Assembly (NCBI GenBank): GCA_963828195.1
Contig: CAWHDT010000005.1
Span: 384,001 to 448,000 of the forward strand
Direction: 5' to 3'
Origin: Candidatus Bathyarchaeota archaeon
GTDB lineage: Archaea; Thermoproteota; Bathyarchaeia; Bathyarchaeales; Bathycorpusculaceae
DNA length: 64,000 bases
The notes beneath the pieces are model-generated. The model was not told the DNA's origin, made no database searches, and saw only the letters and a program-made list of their open reading frames with translations. The translations under genes and the position numbers were made by a program. Positions 27,004 to 36,395 of the stretch are shown in pieces (within the stretch, counting starts at the first letter, position 1; each line of letters opens with the position of its first letter).

Positions 27004-27807
27004 ATGCTTGAACAGAAACCGAAACTGGAAATCGACGCAAAATACAACCCGATCCTACAGAAAGAAGGCAATGTGCTGAAAATCAACGCAGAAGGGCTCT
27101 ACTACAGAGACTTAAACTGCCTCCTAAGACAGGCAATATGCACAAGCAACCTTGAAAAAATAGAAATACACAATGTCTGCGGGCAACGATACATCGGCAC
27201 CGACTTGGACACAAGCATTCAAATTGACATTTACGGAACGCCTGGAAATGACCTTGGCGCATTCATGAATGGACCCAAACTGGTGGTGCATGGCAATGCT
27301 CAGGACGGCTGCGGCAACACCATGAACGAGGGGCAAATAATCATCAACGGCCACGCTGGAGATGTAACGGGGAACTCGATGAGGGGCGGAAAAATCTTCG
27401 TGCGGGACTACGTCGGCTACCGAGTGGGCATCCACATGAAAGAGTACCAACGCAAAATCCCCCAAATAGTCATCGGGCACACAGCAGGCGACTTTTTGGC
27501 TGAGTACATGGCAGGCGGAATCATGGTTATCCTGGGCTTAAACCTGAAAGAAGGCGAAAAATGCAACGCAAGATTCGTCGGCACAGGAATGCACGGCGGC
27601 GTAATCTACGAGCGAGGCGAAATCCTGAAGCCCGTCAACGGCACAAAAACCATGAACGTGGGCAAACGCGACCTAAAAACCATTGGAGCACTGGTCAACG
27701 AATATTGCAGCCACTTCGGCGCAGACCCCAAAGAAATCCTAAACGGCAAATTCAAGAAAATACTACCCGTATCAAAAAGACCATACGAAAAACTATACTC
27801 CCACTAA
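27004..27807 (+). CDS. Glutamate synthase GXGXG beta-helix domain (GltB3)
   Basis: GQRYIG, GTPGNDLGAFM, AEYMAGG, GTGMHGG. Confidence 0.9.
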   Translation: MLEQKPKLEIDAKYNPILQKEGNVLKINAEGLYYRDLNCLLRQAICTSNLEKIEIHNVCGQRYIGTDLDTSIQIDIYGTPGNDLGAFMNGPKLVVHGNAQDGCGNTMNEGQIIINGHAGDVTGNSMRGGKIFVRDYVGYRVGIHMKEYQRKIPQIVIGHTAGDFLAEYMAGGIMVILGLNLKEGEKCNARFVGTGMHGGVIYERGEILKPVNGTKTMNVGKRDLKTIGALVNEYCSHFGADPKEILNGKFKKILPVSKRPYEKLYSH

Positions 27808-27955
27808 ACAACATTTCTATTTTCAATTTTTTGAAAAAAAAATCTTATTGTTCTGGTAGCGTTTTAAACTGTTATCGCTTTCAGTGTAATTTTAAATAAA
27901 GAAAAATAAGCTGTTCGCTGCAGATGAAAAATTCAAAAAACCAAAAAATAAAAGT

Positions 27956-28186
27956 TTAGTAGAGATTGCGTGCTTCTTTTCTTTTTTCTGCTTCTTCGTA
28001 GAAACGCAGAACTTCATCGATTATTTCGACGTTTGAAAGCAGCATTCGTCTGCAGCAGTACCGTTTCAAGCCGAGGCTGTCTAGTATGTCGCTTGCGTTC
28101 TCGCCTGTCTTGATGCGCCGTGTAAACTCGTCCCATTGGTCTCCGACCAGTTTGCCGCATGTGAAGCATCTTACAGGAATAATCAT
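27956..28186 (-). CDS. rpoN: RNA polymerase subunit N (Rpo10)
   Basis: [12 protein letters not shown]...RYCCRRMLL. Confidence 0.97.
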   Translation of the reverse strand: MIIPVRCFTCGKLVGDQWDEFTRRIKTGENASDILDSLGLKRYCCRRMLLSNVEIIDEVLRFYEEAEKRKEARNLY

Positions 28187-28200
28187 TTGTTTTTTCCACC

Positions 28201-28611
28201 TTACCTGTAGCTTTTCTGTTCTTTTGATCTTGCGCCTGCTCCGCCGACCTTTTTGGTTTCTTTAGTTCGGGAGTCTCCGGCAACCATAGTTCGGTCATAT
28301 TCGTAGAACACTGTGCGCAGATGAGTGCTTTTTGTCCATTTAAGCAGTGCATTCGCAACGGCCATTCGAGCGGCTTCTGCCTGCCCCATGTATCCGCCGC
28401 CGCTGGTTTTAACATCCATGTCCAGCTGCTGCCAGACGTCTCCGCCTGCTTGCAGCAGAGGCTCCATTATTTTTGCGCGAGCGATGTCGGGTTCGTAAAT
28501 TTCAACTGGAGTCATGTTTATCCGTACTTTGCCTATGCCTTGTTTAACTACGGCGCGGGCAACAGCGGTTTTTCTTTTTCCACTAACAACTAAAACTTTT
28601 TTTGCCGGCAT
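28201..28611 (-). CDS. rps9: 30S ribosomal protein S9 (uS9)
   Basis: [28 protein letters not shown]. Confidence 0.96.
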   Translation of the reverse strand: MPAKKVLVVSGKRKTAVARAVVKQGIGKVRINMTPVEIYEPDIARAKIMEPLLQAGGDVWQQLDMDVKTSGGGYMGQAEAARMAVANALLKWTKSTHLRTVFYEYDRTMVAGDSRTKETKKVGGAGARSKEQKSYR

Positions 28612-28613
28612 AA

Positions 28614-29075
28614 TTATTCCATCCTGTTTCTCCATCCGATGTCTTTTGCCAATTCGCCGAGGGTAAAATGTGGCCCCTTCAGTTTGGCTGATGAAGCTTC
28701 CTCGAACGTAATCATTTGTTGATCTTTAAGCTCGATAGGCACACCCATGAATACCTTCAGCCTTTTGAAAGCGTTTTTGCCTTTCGGCTGCTTATAAGGA
28801 ACCATACCTCTTACGATTTTTCGCAGAAAACGGTCGGGTCTTCTATAGTGGAATGGACCGCGGACTGGTGCGCCTACTTCAAGGAAGATGTGGGCTTCCA
28901 GCACCTTGGCTTTCTTTTTGCCTGAGAAAACGGCTTTTTCGGCGTTAAGGATGATTACTTCTTCTCCGTTCAGTAGTCTTTTGGCAACTTTGCTGCACAT
29001 TCTGCCAACTATTAATCCTTCAGCATTCACCAATGTGACAGGAGCTTTTTTTGTTGTTGTTTGCATTTTTTTCAC
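28614..29075 (-). CDS. rpl13: 50S ribosomal protein L13 (uL13)
   Basis: GRMCSKVAKRLLNGEEV, GPFHYRRPD; start may be ATG 29066. Confidence 0.95.
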   Translation of the reverse strand: MKKMQTTTKKAPVTLVNAEGLIVGRMCSKVAKRLLNGEEVIILNAEKAVFSGKKKAKVLEAHIFLEVGAPVRGPFHYRRPDRFLRKIVRGMVPYKQPKGKNAFKRLKVFMGVPIELKDQQMITFEEASSAKLKGPHFTLGELAKDIGWRNRME

Positions 29076-29434
29076 CGAATAATCTTTACGTTTGCGCCAG
29101 TTGGATTTTTCTCCAAGAGCTCAGGAATTGAAAGATATTTTGCTTTAGCAGCAACAAGCTTCGCTTTAGCTTTCTCAGAAGCACCAAACGACGCCACTGT
29201 TACCGCGTGGTTTATGCTGCCCGACCCCAAAAGTTTGCCGGGTACAACGACGACATCGCTTCTTTTAGTGTTCCTGTTTATTCTGCTCAGGTTAACAGAG
29301 ATGCGTTGACTTCTTGTTTTGGATAAATGGTCAGCTACATCTAGCCAGATGCCTACTTGTTTCTCTCTGCTTTCCTTCCTTAGAAGATGAATAAGATTGA
29401 TTAATTCCGGGTTTGATGTTTTGGTTTCTCTCAT
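29072..29434 (-). CDS. rpl18e: 50S ribosomal protein L18e
   Basis: VNLSRINR, VVVPGKLLGSG. Confidence 0.95.
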   Translation of the reverse strand: MRETKTSNPELINLIHLLRKESREKQVGIWLDVADHLSKTRSQRISVNLSRINRNTKRSDVVVVPGKLLGSGSINHAVTVASFGASEKAKAKLVAAKAKYLSIPELLEKNPTGANVKIIR

Positions 29435-30246
29435 TGTGGTTCAGCCTTAAATAATTCTTCAAGTTCGTTTAATTGTTTGTCTAACGTTTTGGTGGCTTCT
29501 TTAAGGATACGTTCTGGAGGAAGCGCACCTGTAGACTCAATGCTCATTACGAAAGCGTTCTTTTCCCATTCAACCTTCAGCGGCGCCGGTTTCTGTGGGC
29601 AAGCCTCAACACAGTCCATGCAGAGGTTACATGCTAACAGATCCCTGACCTCAACCGTTTCGTCTTTGTAAGTGAACACTTTCTTGGGACAAATATCCAC
29701 GCATTTTCCGCATTCTTCACATTTGCCGGTTGGAACAGTTATTTGCGGGTAATACTTGTAAGCGCACATTGAAACGGGCTGCCACTTGGCGTGAGTTTTG
29801 CCTCTTCCAAGCCGAGCGTAGGCTTCAAGTTTTAGTTTTTGATTTTTAGCCAGCTTTATTATTGGAATCTTGTCTGACACGGGGATGATTTCTGGGTTTT
29901 CTGAAACAATTTCTCCTGAATAAACTGTCCTTGTTCCTTCTTTCGCTTCAGCATCCAGCGTAAGAGTTACTCGGCATTGGGAACAGCCGAATTCGCTTTT
30001 GCATTCGCATACTTCAGGAAGATTGTAAGCATCCAAGTCAGTTTTCAGCGGTGTTAGCCCTAGCCTGTGGGCAATTATTTCGTCCTGCAAAATGGAAGAG
30101 TTTTCTATCATGACAACTTCTTCTATTGCCATGGTGGGCACCTCAGCAAGTGCTATACGACGCAGAGCGTTCATTAAAGGAACATCCGCGTCTCTCACGC
30201 TTATGCGGAGGTTGTTATCGTTTTTTTCTAGGATTTCTATTTTCAC
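29431..30246 (-). CDS. rpoD: RNA polymerase subunit D (Rpo3) with a ferredoxin-like insert
   Basis: NALRRIALAEVPTMAI, AHRLGL, HAKWQP, CEECGKCVDICP and CNLCMDCVEACP. Confidence 0.96.
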   Translation of the reverse strand: MKIEILEKNDNNLRISVRDADVPLMNALRRIALAEVPTMAIEEVVMIENSSILQDEIIAHRLGLTPLKTDLDAYNLPEVCECKSEFGCSQCRVTLTLDAEAKEGTRTVYSGEIVSENPEIIPVSDKIPIIKLAKNQKLKLEAYARLGRGKTHAKWQPVSMCAYKYYPQITVPTGKCEECGKCVDICPKKVFTYKDETVEVRDLLACNLCMDCVEACPQKPAPLKVEWEKNAFVMSIESTGALPPERILKEATKTLDKQLNELEELFKAEPQ

Positions 30247-30330
30247 TTGCTAAGCACTCCAATAATGCGTTCAATAAAGATATTGGTGCATTATTTCAAT
30301 TTTTCTGTTAATAAAGAAGGGAAATTGAGA

Positions 30331-30738
30331 TTAGACTCTTCTTCCTCTTCTGCCACCAGGCCTTCTGGTGCCGTCGTGGGGAATAGGTGTAACTTCTTCG
30401 ATACGTTCAATGCGGAAACCGAACCTTGCCAACGCACGTATAGCTGCCTGAGCACCTGGCCCTGGAGTTCTTGGTCCTGAACCGCCTGGCGCTCGTACCT
30501 TAATGTGGATAGCTGTTATTCCTTTATCCCGAGCGACTTCAGCCGCGCCGGTTGCAGCGCGCATAGCAGCGTAGGGGGATGATTCCATGCGGTCTGCCTT
30601 CACGAACATGCCGCCGCTTGTTCTTGCGATTGTTTCTGCGCCTGAAATGTCAGTTATGTGGATTAACGTGTTGTTGTAGGAGCTGAATATGTGGACTATT
30701 GCCCATTTCTCGTTTCGTTTGCTGTTGGCGTTGCTCAA
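30331..30738 (-). CDS. rps11: 30S ribosomal protein S11 (uS11)
   Basis: [39 protein letters not shown]. Confidence 0.97.
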   Translation of the reverse strand: MSNANSKRNEKWAIVHIFSSYNNTLIHITDISGAETIARTSGGMFVKADRMESSPYAAMRAATGAAEVARDKGITAIHIKVRAPGGSGPRTPGPGAQAAIRALARFGFRIERIEEVTPIPHDGTRRPGGRRGRRV

Positions 30739-31328
30739 AATCTGCCGCCTCTTCCGCCGCCTCTTCTTCCGCCTCTGGCAGGCTGCCTAATTTCTGGTTG
30801 TTTAGCTACGACTGATAATCCTGCGCGTAGTGCGTGGGCTTGGTTTGCAATTGCGCTCTCTGGGGAATAGATAACTTTTGTTTCATCTGCCTTGGGCAGT
30901 ATGTAGCCTGGGATTGTTACGCGGCGTCCATCGATAGTTATGTGTCCATGAGTTATTAGTTGACGCGATTGAAAAACGGTTCGTGCTAAGCCTTTGCGGA
31001 AAACAACTGTTTGAAGCCTGCGCTCCAGGATGTCCTCGATTGTTAAGTCTAAAACGTTGTCTAACACGGCTGTTTCTTGCAGGATACCGAGTTTTTTAAG
31101 CTTGGCAAGCTGTTCGTTCTCCATTTTTGCGCGTTCTTCAGCAGTCTTGCTGATAAGTGAACGTGCGATGCCTCTGGTTTTTGACAGCGTGGTTTTAAGA
31201 CGCCAGAGTTCATGCTTGTTTCTTAAGCCATATAGCCCTACAAGCTTGAGTTCTTCTTGAAGGATGTCTTTGCGCCATCGAAAACGGGGAGTATCAAATT
31301 TCTTACGCTGCTTCTTTGGATCGCCCAA
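30735..31328 (-). CDS. rps4: 30S ribosomal protein S4 (uS4)
   Basis: [32 protein letters not shown]. Confidence 0.97.
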   Translation of the reverse strand: MGDPKKQRKKFDTPRFRWRKDILQEELKLVGLYGLRNKHELWRLKTTLSKTRGIARSLISKTAEERAKMENEQLAKLKKLGILQETAVLDNVLDLTIEDILERRLQTVVFRKGLARTVFQSRQLITHGHITIDGRRVTIPGYILPKADETKVIYSPESAIANQAHALRAGLSVVAKQPEIRQPARGGRRGGGRGGRF

Positions 31329-31330
31329 GC

Positions 31331-31822
31331 TTATTTGCCTCCTTCAGCGGCTGGTGCTCCACCAGGCTTCTGCAACAGACTCTTCTTTTTGACACCTAAA
31401 GCTTTGCCAGCTCGCCCAGTGGTTTTTGTGTGTTGCCCACGGACTTTGAGGCTGTAAGCGTGGCGGTATCCTCGCCAAGACCTGATGTTTTTAGCTTCGT
31501 CAATATCCTGTTTTGTTCTTAAAGCTAGGTCAGCGCTTAAAAGATGCATGTCTTTTCCTGTTTCCGAGTCTTTTCGCCTGTTAAAAAGCCAAGTTGGCAG
31601 GCCATATTTTACTGGATCTTTAATAACATCCTCAATTTTTGATAAATCTGACTCAGTTAACAAGCCCACTCTCAGATCTGGGTTAACGCCTGCCTTTTTC
31701 AAGATGGCGTTTGAGAGGCTCATGCTGACGCCTTTTATTTGTGCGACAGCGTAAGAAGTCTTAAGGGTACCCTGAACGTCGGTGCCCATAATACGAAGTA
31801 TATAGCGATATTCCTGTGACAT
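31331..31822 (-). CDS. rps13: 30S ribosomal protein S13 (uS13)
   Basis: [28 protein letters not shown]. Confidence 0.97.
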   Translation of the reverse strand: MSQEYRYILRIMGTDVQGTLKTSYAVAQIKGVSMSLSNAILKKAGVNPDLRVGLLTESDLSKIEDVIKDPVKYGLPTWLFNRRKDSETGKDMHLLSADLALRTKQDIDEAKNIRSWRGYRHAYSLKVRGQHTKTTGRAGKALGVKKKSLLQKPGGAPAAEGGK

Positions 31823-32451
31823 ATTAAATTTTCATCCGTTTTTTCTTAAAGCATATACGAAATGAGCCAGTGTTTATTTAAACCTTACTTTCACAAGACA
31901 TTCGTTTAACTACCAGTTTAAACCCAAAAATTTTCCACCTGTATTGCGCTTGCTTGGTTTTTTCATATCATTTCACAAGCACGGGCTAGGTATGCTTATT
32001 TCTTTTTAAAACTTGCTTCTAAGTTTAGAATGGTTTGAAACATTTTTAACAGAAGCCAGTCACAAGAGGCCGATGTATTGAAAAGCTGGAGTAGACGCCT
32101 TTCAAATGTTCTCGAGGCATCATAGCTTCTCTGGTTGTCCTTGCTTTGCTTGTGCCCGTGCATGGTTGATAAAAACCTGATGCAAAGCAACTGATGCTTC
32201 TCCGTCTATTTTGACAGGATTTTGAGCCATCTCCTTTCCCCCCGAACTGAATCTTCTCCCTGTGTACTTACAATTTAGAATGCAATTTAAAGCAGATTTC
32301 TCTTTCACTAATATTTAAAAAAATAGTATATTATGGTTTCAGAAGATTTGCAGCAAAGAAATCAACGATTCATTTAGTCGGGGTTTCTTGGAGCATTTTC
32401 GTTTTGACCAGCGAAACTTATACTAATCGCGAAAAACACTGGGGCAGTTGC

Positions 32452-32709
32452 ATGTTGGATACCATAACAATAATTGGCTTAATCGCCGCGGCTTTCACTA
32501 CAGTTGCGCTTTTTCCACAGTTAATGAAGGTTTGGAAAACAAAATCAACCAAAGACATCTCAACAGGCATGTTCACGCTGTACTGCGGAGGCGTGTTTTT
32601 ATGGTTCGTTTATGGAGTTTACATTAACGATTTGCCAATTATGCTAGCGAACTCTTTAGCCTTCATCCAAGCAGTCCTAATGCTAATATTCAAAGCAAAA
32701 TACAAGTAA
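32452..32709 (+). CDS. SemiSWEET/PQ-loop transporter
   Basis: TTVALFPQLMKVWKTKSTKDIS, WFVYG, ILAN-like MLAN; 3 TM helices. Confidence 0.88.
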   Translation: MLDTITIIGLIAAAFTTVALFPQLMKVWKTKSTKDISTGMFTLYCGGVFLWFVYGVYINDLPIMLANSLAFIQAVLMLIFKAKYK

Positions 32710-32711
32710 GA

Positions 32712-33437
32712 TTACCATTTAAGAAAAACTTCAAGGTCAACGCCTATGAAAGAGTCTATCTCTCTTGCAATCGAAGGATGTGGACAATCTATGCCATACC
32801 GATTCAACCAGACAGCCTTCATACCAACGCTAACCGCTGGCAAAACATCAGAATCCCAAGAGTCACCAACATAAACTGCTTCCGAAGCCCTAACATAAGC
32901 CCGTTTAAGAGCTACCTCAAAAATCTCTTTGCCTGGCTTCCTGTACCCGACAGCTTCGGAAACAACGATAAAATCAATAGGCTCAGCGATCTTACATGAA
33001 CGCAATTTCTCAATTTGCGGTTGCACCAGACCGTTAGTAACCACACCCAGTATAGCTTTCTTACTTAGGGTGGTCAAGAGGTCTTTCACGCCAGGAACGG
33101 GCTGACGGTTTTTCATGTACGCTTTACTGTACAAATCTGCGGCTTTCTTGGCTTCCTCCAAATCAAGGTTTATGCCATACATCTCACTTAGTTTTCTTAT
33201 TCGCTGAGTTGTCGCATCAACAATTGAGATTTTGCCATCTAAAACTCGGTCATAATCAACACTCAAAAGTTTGTCGTGTTCTCTTTCCAACTCTTCAAGA
33301 GGGGCAGTTTTTAGTTGTGGAAGCTTCTCTTGAAGCGCTGTTAAGCCTTTTTGGCAGCTGAATTTATGGTCAAATAGTGTATCGTCCAAATCAAATAAGA
33401 CAGCTTTTACACGGGTATTATCTACCCAAAAATTCAT
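32712..33437 (-). CDS. HAD-superfamily hydrolase (YjjG-like)
   Basis: FDLDDTL, VTNG, KP, YVGDSWDSD. Confidence 0.9.
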   Translation of the reverse strand: MNFWVDNTRVKAVLFDLDDTLFDHKFSCQKGLTALQEKLPQLKTAPLEELEREHDKLLSVDYDRVLDGKISIVDATTQRIRKLSEMYGINLDLEEAKKAADLYSKAYMKNRQPVPGVKDLLTTLSKKAILGVVTNGLVQPQIEKLRSCKIAEPIDFIVVSEAVGYRKPGKEIFEVALKRAYVRASEAVYVGDSWDSDVLPAVSVGMKAVWLNRYGIDCPHPSIAREIDSFIGVDLEVFLKW

Positions 33438-33688
33438 CTAAAGACACCACTTGCCAAACCTTGCTTAACCGTGGTTGTGATATCGTTTTTAAAGTCATCA
33501 AGAAATTCACTTAATTGCTGTGCATCTTTCTTGGACATGCCTTGTGCAATCACCTGTCTTTCGAATGCTCGTCTTGCTCTACGCACTTTCCAGCCGAGGG
33601 TGAAGTACGTCCATGAGAGACTAAGCGATAAACGCACAAGATAAGGCGTTGATTTCAAAGTGCCGACGACCATTTTAGCTTCAGTCAT
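33434..33688 (-). CDS. Hypothetical protein
   Basis: ORF coupled to neighbours; GGAT/GTGGA SD-like upstream. Confidence 0.65.
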   Translation of the reverse strand: MTEAKMVVGTLKSTPYLVRLSLSLSWTYFTLGWKVRRARRAFERQVIAQGMSKKDAQQLSEFLDDFKNDITTTVKQGLASGVFR

Positions 33689-33719
33689 TTTTATCCACTT
33701 CAATAAAAAAGGGGGAGAG

Positions 33720-34037
33720 CTACTTTTCTTCCTCTTCGGAATGCATGTGTTTTCCCCAGCCGCCTCTGCCGCCGAATTTTAGCATAGAGCCGAAGTTTGT
33801 GAATGTCTGCATGTACTCTTGGGTCAGCTTTAATGCGACGTCTTCGGGTAATCCGCCTGCTTTCAGTTCTTTATAGTAGGCTGCAGCTGCTTTGCCCATG
33901 TTGCGTCCCGCTTCTTCAGAGAACACCGTGCTCACGATGCTTTTTATCATGGTTGGGACTTCAGTTGAGACAACGCTAAGTAGCTCCTTTAGGTTTTCAG
34001 GATCCATTTTATGGTTCTTTTTTTCTTCTTGAGACAT
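33720..34037 (-). CDS. Conserved-looking hypothetical protein
   Basis: GKAAAAYYKELKAGGLPEDVALKLT helical motif; GAGG SD. Confidence 0.7.
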   Translation of the reverse strand: MSQEEKKNHKMDPENLKELLSVVSTEVPTMIKSIVSTVFSEEAGRNMGKAAAAYYKELKAGGLPEDVALKLTQEYMQTFTNFGSMLKFGGRGGWGKHMHSEEEEK

Positions 34038-34065
34038 TTTTTTGTTTCCTCAAAACCATAATAGG

Positions 34066-34105
34066 GTGGTCACCGAAGTTAGGTGTTCTGTGCAAAAGTG
34101 ACCAC
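34066..34105. promoter_or_regulatory. Putative operator GTGGTCAC-N24-GTGACCAC
   Basis: Perfect 8-bp inverted repeat; second copy with the same spacing at 34836-34875. Confidence 0.7.
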
Positions 34106-34258
34106 GCAGCTGGTTAAATTATAGCCAGCTTGAGACACCAGTAATCTAATTGCTTTTGATAGTTCGTTTAGTTTTTTTAATTATAAGTTAAAGGAATCGT
34201 AACAAGATGAAAAAAAAGAGGTGCCTCTATTTGCGTCATGTTTTATTGTTGCTTTTTG

Positions 34259-34798
34259 TTAACTAGGGCTAATCGCCGAGTTTTTTACTTTGATAAAGCT
34301 GTAGGTATGTTGCTTTTTCTTCTGAAGTTTAAACAGCCCTGCCTCAGTTATTTTGGAGGTTATGTCGTTTTCTTGCATGTGGTGATCGCTAAAAGACAAT
34401 TGACCATTTGGCTTCAGGACTCTGTAAAATTCATTCAACGCAGCATTTTGGTCGGATAAATCATGAAAAACATCATAAAGCAAAACAACGTCCAATTTTT
34501 CGTTTTTGAGCCCGGTGGCGCAATCCGAAAGAATCGTTTTCACGTTCTTCAACTTGTTTTTTGCCACAATTTTATTGACCATTTCGAGGGCAATTGGTAT
34601 GGCATCTAAAGCGTACAGTGCACCCGACAACCCTATGGCTCGCGAGACAGGTGACACGTAACCGCCTGGTCCGCAACCGTAATCCAGCACTTGAAACCCT
34701 GTCTTCAATCCTACTTCTTCTATGATTTCTTGACGGGGATGGAAATGATCTCTTATTTTAAATTCTGCCGCCATGAGTCTGAACCAAATATTTGACGT
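34259..34798 (-). CDS. Class I SAM-dependent methyltransferase; possible ACG start
   Basis: VLDYGCGPG, EFYRVLKPNG; frame extends to ACG 34798 after GGAGTTGA SD with in-frame TGA just upstream; ATG 34774 is the alternative start. Confidence 0.82.
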   Translation of the reverse strand, partial: TSNIWFRLMAAEFKIRDHFHPRQEIIEEVGLKTGFQVLDYGCGPGGYVSPVSRAIGLSGALYALDAIPIALEMVNKIVAKNKLKNVKTILSDCATGLKNEKLDVVLLYDVFHDLSDQNAALNEFYRVLKPNGQLSFSDHHMQENDITSKITEAGLFKLQKKKQHTYSFIKVKNSAISPS

Positions 34799-34835
34799 CT
34801 CAAATCAACTCCAATGCTCTTTGAAAACATAATGG

Positions 34836-34875
34836 GTGGTCACCTAATTTGTGGCTTCTGCGAAAAAGTGACCAA
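34836..34875. promoter_or_regulatory. Putative operator GTGGTCAC-N24-GTGACCAA
   Basis: Copy of 34066-34105 including shared flanks (cataat(a)gg, tctg..aaaa). Confidence 0.7.
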
Positions 34876-34876
34876 G

Positions 34877-35323
34877 TCAGTGGGCAGCCTTGTTTGCTAA
34901 TTCGTAGGTTGGAGTTTTGCCGTCTACCTTCACGAGGACACCCAGTTGATGCAGCTTCTGAACTCTCTGCCGAACTATGCGCCTGCTTGCTTTTCCCCGC
35001 ATAGCGGACACCTGCCGCGTGATGGCTGAAATGTTAAGTGCTCCCTTCACGGCTAAAGCCTGGATTACGCAGCGTGAAATTTCATCTTGCGCGATGACCC
35101 TTTGCTGCAGAAACGCTTGTGCATCTTTTAGTCGGGCGGCGATTTTCAGCGGTTCACCGTACATGCCGACGCCTACGCGTGTAAGCCTTAACGCGGCGGT
35201 TAAGCCTTCAAACTCGGGCTTTTCCGTTATTAACTCTTCCAGCAGGTTTAGGCGGTTTAGGATCTGGTCTAGTTTTTTGCTTACTTCTTCCATGCTGTTT
35301 TCTGAGTCTGTGTTGTTGCTCAT
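34877..35323 (-). CDS. Winged-HTH transcription regulator
   Basis: LNISAITRQVSAMRGKASRRIVRQRV..L...GVL...TYEL. Confidence 0.75.
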   Translation of the reverse strand: MSNNTDSENSMEEVSKKLDQILNRLNLLEELITEKPEFEGLTAALRLTRVGVGMYGEPLKIAARLKDAQAFLQQRVIAQDEISRCVIQALAVKGALNISAITRQVSAMRGKASRRIVRQRVQKLHQLGVLVKVDGKTPTYELANKAAH

Positions 35324-35424
35324 TGGTTCTGGCTCAGCTGATTGGAGATTTGGTGCGCTTAAGTATTTAAGTTATCATCAAATTTCACTGTCAAAAACAG
35401 GTAAAGAACGGGATAACCGAAAAA

Positions 35425-35682
35425 TCAGGTTTTCTCTATTAAAGATATGACGCTGAGGGTTGAGCTTATCCAGCGTAAGTAAGCGTTTAATGTTGAGCGC
35501 AGGGCAACTGTATCCTCGGAATCAATCGCTAACACTAAAAATAAGCCGTCTTTTTCCAGTTTAACCGTGACGCGTTTCGTTTTTGGTCCGCTGGCTTCCG
35601 GCGCCAATGCTTCAAAGATGGTGGCTGCCTGTTTGGGGGATGCAAGTTTTAAGCGGATTGTGGCTTTTGCGTTAGTCGCCGT
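35425..35682 (-). CDS. pcc1: KEOPS subunit Pcc1; probable ACG start
   Basis: (M)ATNAKATIRLKL...IFEALAPE...DTVALRSTLNAYLRW; ACG directly after in-frame TAA TAA; GAGGCGA SD; position downstream of rpl37ae. Confidence 0.85.
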   Translation of the reverse strand, partial: TATNAKATIRLKLASPKQAATIFEALAPEASGPKTKRVTVKLEKDGLFLVLAIDSEDTVALRSTLNAYLRWISSTLSVISLIEKT

Positions 35683-35746
35683 TTATTATCGCCTCGGAAT
35701 AATTTAGTGAAGCCCCAAGTAATAAACAAAAGTGAAGTCAAAACCA

Positions 35747-35965
35747 CAACTTGGCAATAACCAAGCGGAAGAAGAAGAAGAAAAATTGTTTTCACCAGCT
35801 TCTTCTTCTTTTAAAAATAATTTTTTAGATGGCTGCATTAAATCCGGGTTCTTTAGAAGAACAACATTTGAATTTTAGGTGTTGTTGTTCTTTCAAAAAA
35901 AAGTTCTCCAAAGCCGTTCACCCCAAAGATTCAAACCCCAAACCAAAAAAACAACCCAAAACAAG
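35747..35965 (-). repeat. Inverted partial copy of the dispersed element with two palindromic modules
   Basis: 35747-35812 is the reverse complement of 40505-40570 (62/66 identical); ~35930-35962 matches ~40356-40388. Confidence 0.82.
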
Positions 35966-36060
35966 CTCTGAACGTTAATTCGCTACCCTATAGACCTACC
36001 TACTATTTGTGCAAAAAAACGCCACAAAAAAGCATAAACAAAAAATTAAAAAGGAAAAGT

Positions 36061-36390
36061 TTAGTCGGTTTCTTCTTCAGCTACCGATTCAGCAGCTTCA
36101 GCTTTCGCCGCTTCTTTTGCAACTTCTTCCACTGGCAAACCTTTAGCTGCACGTTTCGCAACTACACCCAGCTTGGTTGTTGGGGTGTAAGCTCCGCCTG
36201 AAAAAGTGAAGCTGCATTTGTTGCATTTCCAGATTCCGACGCTTTCACGTCTAACTCGGACGAAGCCGCAGCTTGGGCATTTGTGTGGTCTTTTGAGTTC
36301 GGTGATTACTTTGATGTAGCGTTTCCTAACTGTGGCACCGTAACGTGGACCGAAACCTCTTGTTGGACCGACCTTTTTTGTTCTGGGCAA
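36061..36390 (-). CDS. rpl37ae: 50S ribosomal protein L37ae (eL43) with an acidic C-terminal tail
   Basis: GFGPRYGATVRK, CPSC...GIWKCNKC, GGAYTP. Confidence 0.95.
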   Translation of the reverse strand: MPRTKKVGPTRGFGPRYGATVRKRYIKVITELKRPHKCPSCGFVRVRRESVGIWKCNKCSFTFSGGAYTPTTKLGVVAKRAAKGLPVEEVAKEAAKAEAAESVAEEETD

Positions 36391-36395
36391 TTTTT

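Noticed and set aside
29560-29730. Ferredoxin insert in RpoD as a novelty
   Set aside because: Fe-S-containing Rpo3 is well known in archaea
31996-32308. Two overlapping short minus-strand ORFs as a frameshifted gene
   Set aside because: No recognisable family motif to anchor the call
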